This document shows positions 48,570 through 64,000 of a stretch of 64,000 nucleotides of DNA, in pieces. The translations under genes and the position numbers were made by a program. This DNA comes from Amoebidium appalachense. Lineage: Eukaryota; Protista; Ichthyosporea. The notes beneath the pieces are model-generated. The model worked only from the letters and a program-made list of their open reading frames with translations, was not told where the DNA came from and ran no database searches. How positions within the stretch are numbered: position 1 is the first letter of the stretch; the number at the start of each line of letters is the position of its first letter. The stretch is taken from contig CAVNZM010000006.1 in assembly GCA_963693365.1 (NCBI GenBank), positions 1,736,001 through 1,800,000 on the forward strand. The letters run 5' to 3'.

Positions 48570-49535
48570 GTGGCAGTGCACAGCACCTTGGAGGCCACAG
48601 CCGCAAGCAAGACACTCCCCACCAGCTTCGGGTTTTCCGGTGCTGGCTGGCTAGGCGTATACCACCTAGGGGTAGCACACGCCCTTCGCGAACACAGACT
48701 GCACAGTAACGCACGGTTTGTGGGCAGCTCCTTTGGCGCCATGGCTACCACATTGCTTGTTTTTGAAGACACTTCCATGCTTGAAGGGTTCCTGGATGGC
48801 GTTCAACTTGACGCTGTGAAGAAGGACCCGACCCGGCTTTTCGACCTGCGCACGTTTCTTTCTGAAACCACTGATTTTGCACTTGAGCGAACTTCTCCTA
48901 AGTATCAAAAGGAGATGAATCGACGCATCGAAGTCACTGCCACGGTCCTCCCAACGCTTTCTTCCAAACGCAACTCCACGTTTCCCGACTACAAAACGGC
49001 CAAAACTGCGCTTCTGGCTTCCTGCACGCTTACTCCTCTGGCTGGTTTCCCTGTTGAACTCGATGGTGAATGGCTGGTGGATGGTGGCTTCACCGACGCT
49101 GCCCCGATTATCGATGAAAGCACCATAACCGTTTCTTCTTTCCGCCTGTGCAACTGTGACATAACCCCATCAATGTTCATTCCTCCCGTTTGGGCATTTT
49201 CTCCGCCCTCCAGATCCGAGCTCGACGCTGTTTTCTGGCTGGGGGTAAAGGACACACTCGTTTGGGCAGCAAAGGCTGGCTATAGCCAACACTGTGGCAA
49301 TATGAACCTAGTCTCTCAGCTGTGCGGTCTGCATACTGAGGCAGAGGCAAAGACAGCCCTTTTGGAAGGCTGGGGCCGGCCCATATTGTTTGCTGCTGAG
49401 AAGGCTGCAACTGAATTTTTCTGGTCGGCTGTACGGATACCACACGCGGTGTACGAGCAGAGTAGCAACATACTGAAATCAGCATATGAAAATACTCTTG
49501 CTTCTTTCCGGCCAGCTTTTGCCCTTACGGCATAG
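48570..49535 (+). CDS. Patatin-like phospholipase/triacylglycerol lipase (PNPLA2/4-type), uninterrupted ORF, true start unresolved
   Basis: Oxyanion motif FGFSGAGWLGVYHLGV, nucleophile elbow GSSFG, LLASC and catalytic DGG (WLVDGGFTD). Confidence 0.88.
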   Translation: MAVHSTLEATAASKTLPTSFGFSGAGWLGVYHLGVAHALREHRLHSNARFVGSSFGAMATTLLVFEDTSMLEGFLDGVQLDAVKKDPTRLFDLRTFLSETTDFALERTSPKYQKEMNRRIEVTATVLPTLSSKRNSTFPDYKTAKTALLASCTLTPLAGFPVELDGEWLVDGGFTDAAPIIDESTITVSSFRLCNCDITPSMFIPPVWAFSPPSRSELDAVFWLGVKDTLVWAAKAGYSQHCGNMNLVSQLCGLHTEAEAKTALLEGWGRPILFAAEKAATEFFWSAVRIPHAVYEQSSNILKSAYENTLASFRPAFALTA

Positions 49536-50480
49536 AATAAATATCGCGTGATGACAACTCACTAAGTGAAATATAATTGAGACTCAGAGTGAAGGATGTG
49601 TATGATGAGCACGAATTGTACGTATGATGAGCAAGAGTATAGTTCACAGAGACAACAACGATGAATAAAAGCCCTTTTTTTTTGGAACGAACTGCCGTTT
49701 TCCTGTCGTATCCAAGAGTGTTAAACCAACAATTGAAAGAAGCGTTTTTGCAAGGAGTGCACCGTATATAAGAGGTAAGAGTGTGCCAGCAAGATAACCT
49801 TTGGGTCGTGCAAATACCGTTACGGTAAAAAGATGAAGTGATGCCAACAGTAACTACTGGGGATACGGGATAACTCTGTGGCATAACCGTTTTATTATAA
49901 ATAATGGTTTGTCAAGTTCCGGACCTGGCTGATCATTCTTGTGATTGTGTGCATTCTGTTTGATGAGCATAGATATCGGGTACATAGGTATCGGTGTGCC
50001 AGCCCGGCCTTGCAAGAGCAACCATGTGCGCAACACGTACCGTACTAGCAATCCGCCTCCAAGCCCCCCCCCCCCCCCTCCCCCCCCCCCCCCCCCCCCC
50101 CCCGCGCCCCGCCCCGCCCCTTCTCTCTCTCCCCCTCCTTCCCCCCAATCGTATCCCTTTCATGAAACCAATTACGTGTGCCTGCCTCTTTCAGCAAGGT
50201 CATACACCTAAAAACTGGGTAAAATAACTTCATTTCTGTCCAGCTTTTCTTCGCTTGTAGATTCGGATACCGCTTCAGCTGCCATGCTTTTCTCTCAGTT
50301 TTGTTCTTCTACCACCTTCTTCAGCTCAAAGCCCTGTTGCACCGGTTGTGTTCTGCCCAACCAAGTCTCTATGCTATTAGGGGCGCCTTTTTTTGTCTGC
50401 ACATAACCGTTTTGTGAATCGTTTCGCCTGCTCCCTCAAAAATGCCGGCAGTTGAGAAGTTGGAAAAAAATGCTGCTGCT

Positions 50481-50527
<47 letters not shown>

Positions 50528-50786
50528 AAAAAAAAAAGCCACCACCACCACCACCACCCCCACCACCATCACCACGCACACATGTGTACACACGAACACA
50601 ACCATTGGTGTAACACCCAGTACCTCCCCGCATGCACCAACCTATCCACTCTGCTCGCTTTTACCACTCCTTAATAATCTTGAGCGCAATAACTTATTTT
50701 TTTTTCCGATGCTACTCTCTCCCGAAGTGTCTTTTTCTTTTCCGAGTGCTGCCTGAATCTTTCTATCGTGGTCAAGTTTCCTGAGG

Positions 50787-50822
<36 letters not shown>

Positions 50823-51209
50823 GAAGAATGACGAGACTGAAAGTGGCGCCAAAAAACACTTGGTGCCCAATCATGCGGAGAATCACCCAACCCTGCCTTT
50901 GAATCATCCATCTAAGGTAAATATACGGCTGTGATTTTAGGGCCCGTACGTCTTTTAAAAGGCTTTGAAAGCATATAATGTGTATTTAGAAAACAATAAC
51001 TCCGCTTTGGCTTATGCATATTACCGGTTTTTGGTTGGGCTTGGCTGGGATTGTGCTTTCCCGTGACTCGCAACGACTTCGATTTTCGCCGGGGAGAGAG
51101 AGCCAAAAGAGACTCGGAGAGAGAGAGAGCTACTATTTTCGTGAGTTGCATCTGGTAGAGAGAAAGAGCGTATGTTAGAGCTCGGTCATCTTCTATCACA
51201 CAAACAACA

Positions 51210-62623
<11,414 letters not shown>

Positions 62624-63441
62624 ATGGCTTGGAAAATGGTTGTAGGTTTGTATTGTGTGTGTGATTCGGTGCACACAAACACACACACACACATAGACAG
62701 AGAGACACACACAGACACACACACACACACACACACACACCTCGACAGCAGCCTGTTTGCAGCGTGTCTTTGGTGGTGTGATAATAGCTTAGTCTTCAGC
62801 AGATTCAACCACCGAACATGCACAAACAACCAACTGCACCAAGTATATGTGGTTAATTCATATAACCAGGTCGTATCAAAAAACAAAATGCCTTTTGTAC
62901 GTAGTCAGTAGAGCCAGGTGCCCAGCTGTTGCTATATATGACAATGATGTACAGCTGTGTTCTGTGAACCAGCAACAATGTCATGATGAAAACTGATTCA
63001 AGGGGGCAACTTTTTGAGTTAATATTTAGCATGTGGCGCTTATACACGGTCACACAGGCGCACACGTTACTCGTGATATAGTAAACGTACACCAGCCGGC
63101 GTGCACACACACACACTGACATACAAACACTCACTGGCATCACCTGCATAAATATCCACACACACATTTGTGACACACTGAAGTAAACGTACATGCATCC
63201 TCCATCACCTCCATAGATATCAACAAGCCCTACTATTAACATGCAACAGCACACATCCACACACGCTCAACCGAGAGCGCGAGGTGGGACAGACACAAAC
63301 GCACATATACGTCTCATGCCCCGTGGTGTAATGCATACAACCGCTGATCATGACAATGCATTCACAAGCACACAAACACCCACCACACAGCCACGCATGG
63401 TTTTGCATGGCACAACTGCACGAATGAACGTGTGTGAACAA

Positions 63442-63476
<35 letters not shown>

Positions 63477-63713
63477 GTGGCGATGGTACCCAATGTGTTG
63501 TGCACACACATGTCTTACCGTCCACTCTGGCCTGCATTATAATATATTGCATGAAAAGCAAGTATGAGTGAGGCAACTGGCAGTGCACGCTCGCGCGCAC
63601 ATGTACATGCAGTGCTCCCCCCCCCCCCTTTCCCCCCCCCCCCCCCCCCCCCCTCCCCTCCTCCTCCTCCTCCTCCCCCCGAGCACTACATGCTAATCTC
63701 TCTCCTCCCAAGG

Positions 63714-63757
<44 letters not shown>

Positions 63758-63779
63758 TCCTCCCTCCCTTCCTCCCTCC

Positions 63780-63816
<37 letters not shown>

Positions 63817-64000
63817 TCTCTCCTCTCCCCCTCCCCCCCCCCCCCCCCCCTCCCCCCCTTCCCCCGTACCCTGTCCTCCCCCTCTCTGATTGGATCTCTC
63901 TCTCCCCTCCCCTGATACCTCGGCTCTTGATTGCCTCGCCACCGTGGACTTAGATTTTTCATCATAAAAGTCAGATACGATGGTGGGCAACCCCAAACCC

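Noticed and set aside
50190-50911. Divergent - strand gene upstream of GIGYF (MDDSKAGLG.., ETWLGRTQPV..)
   Set aside because: No recognisable domain, runs through a poly-A tract, and no consistent spliced frame could be built; left unresolved.

Overview
Intron-rich eukaryotic nuclear DNA saturated with (CA/GT)n, (CT/GA)n and long C/G homopolymers. Almost all ORFs in the supplied track are microsatellite artefacts; the real genes had to be rebuilt by hand from GT-AG exons with consistent phases. Gene content suggests a unicellular holozoan such as an ichthyosporean or choanoflagellate (inference only). Left to right: the 5' part of a Mint/X11-like PDZ gene (-), a GDA1/CD39 ENTPD4/7-type apyrase (+), a bacterial-type pyrroline-5-carboxylate reductase-like gene (+), a C1-C1 CAMK-group (PKD-like, no PH domain) kinase with a tyrosine-rich tail (-) and an intronic tRNA-Glu(CTC), an intronless patatin/PNPLA lipase ORF (+) and a GIGYF protein (+) with an apparent 1-nt frameshift. 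The most unusual signal is a dispersed ~450-bp repeat family. Its copies share a 3' end (..GCATTCAA), vary in 5' truncation, sit in poly(C) tracts, are always intronic and sense to the host gene, and carry a pseudoknotted RNA fold with compensatory changes between subfamilies. It is a candidate non-autonomous Penelope-like retroelement or novel structured RNA. Also present: a CAC..GTG-ended micro-transposon family, a 196-bp-arm foldback, two minisatellites with embedded elements, and a recurrent intron grammar (poly-C after donors, (CA)n acceptors).
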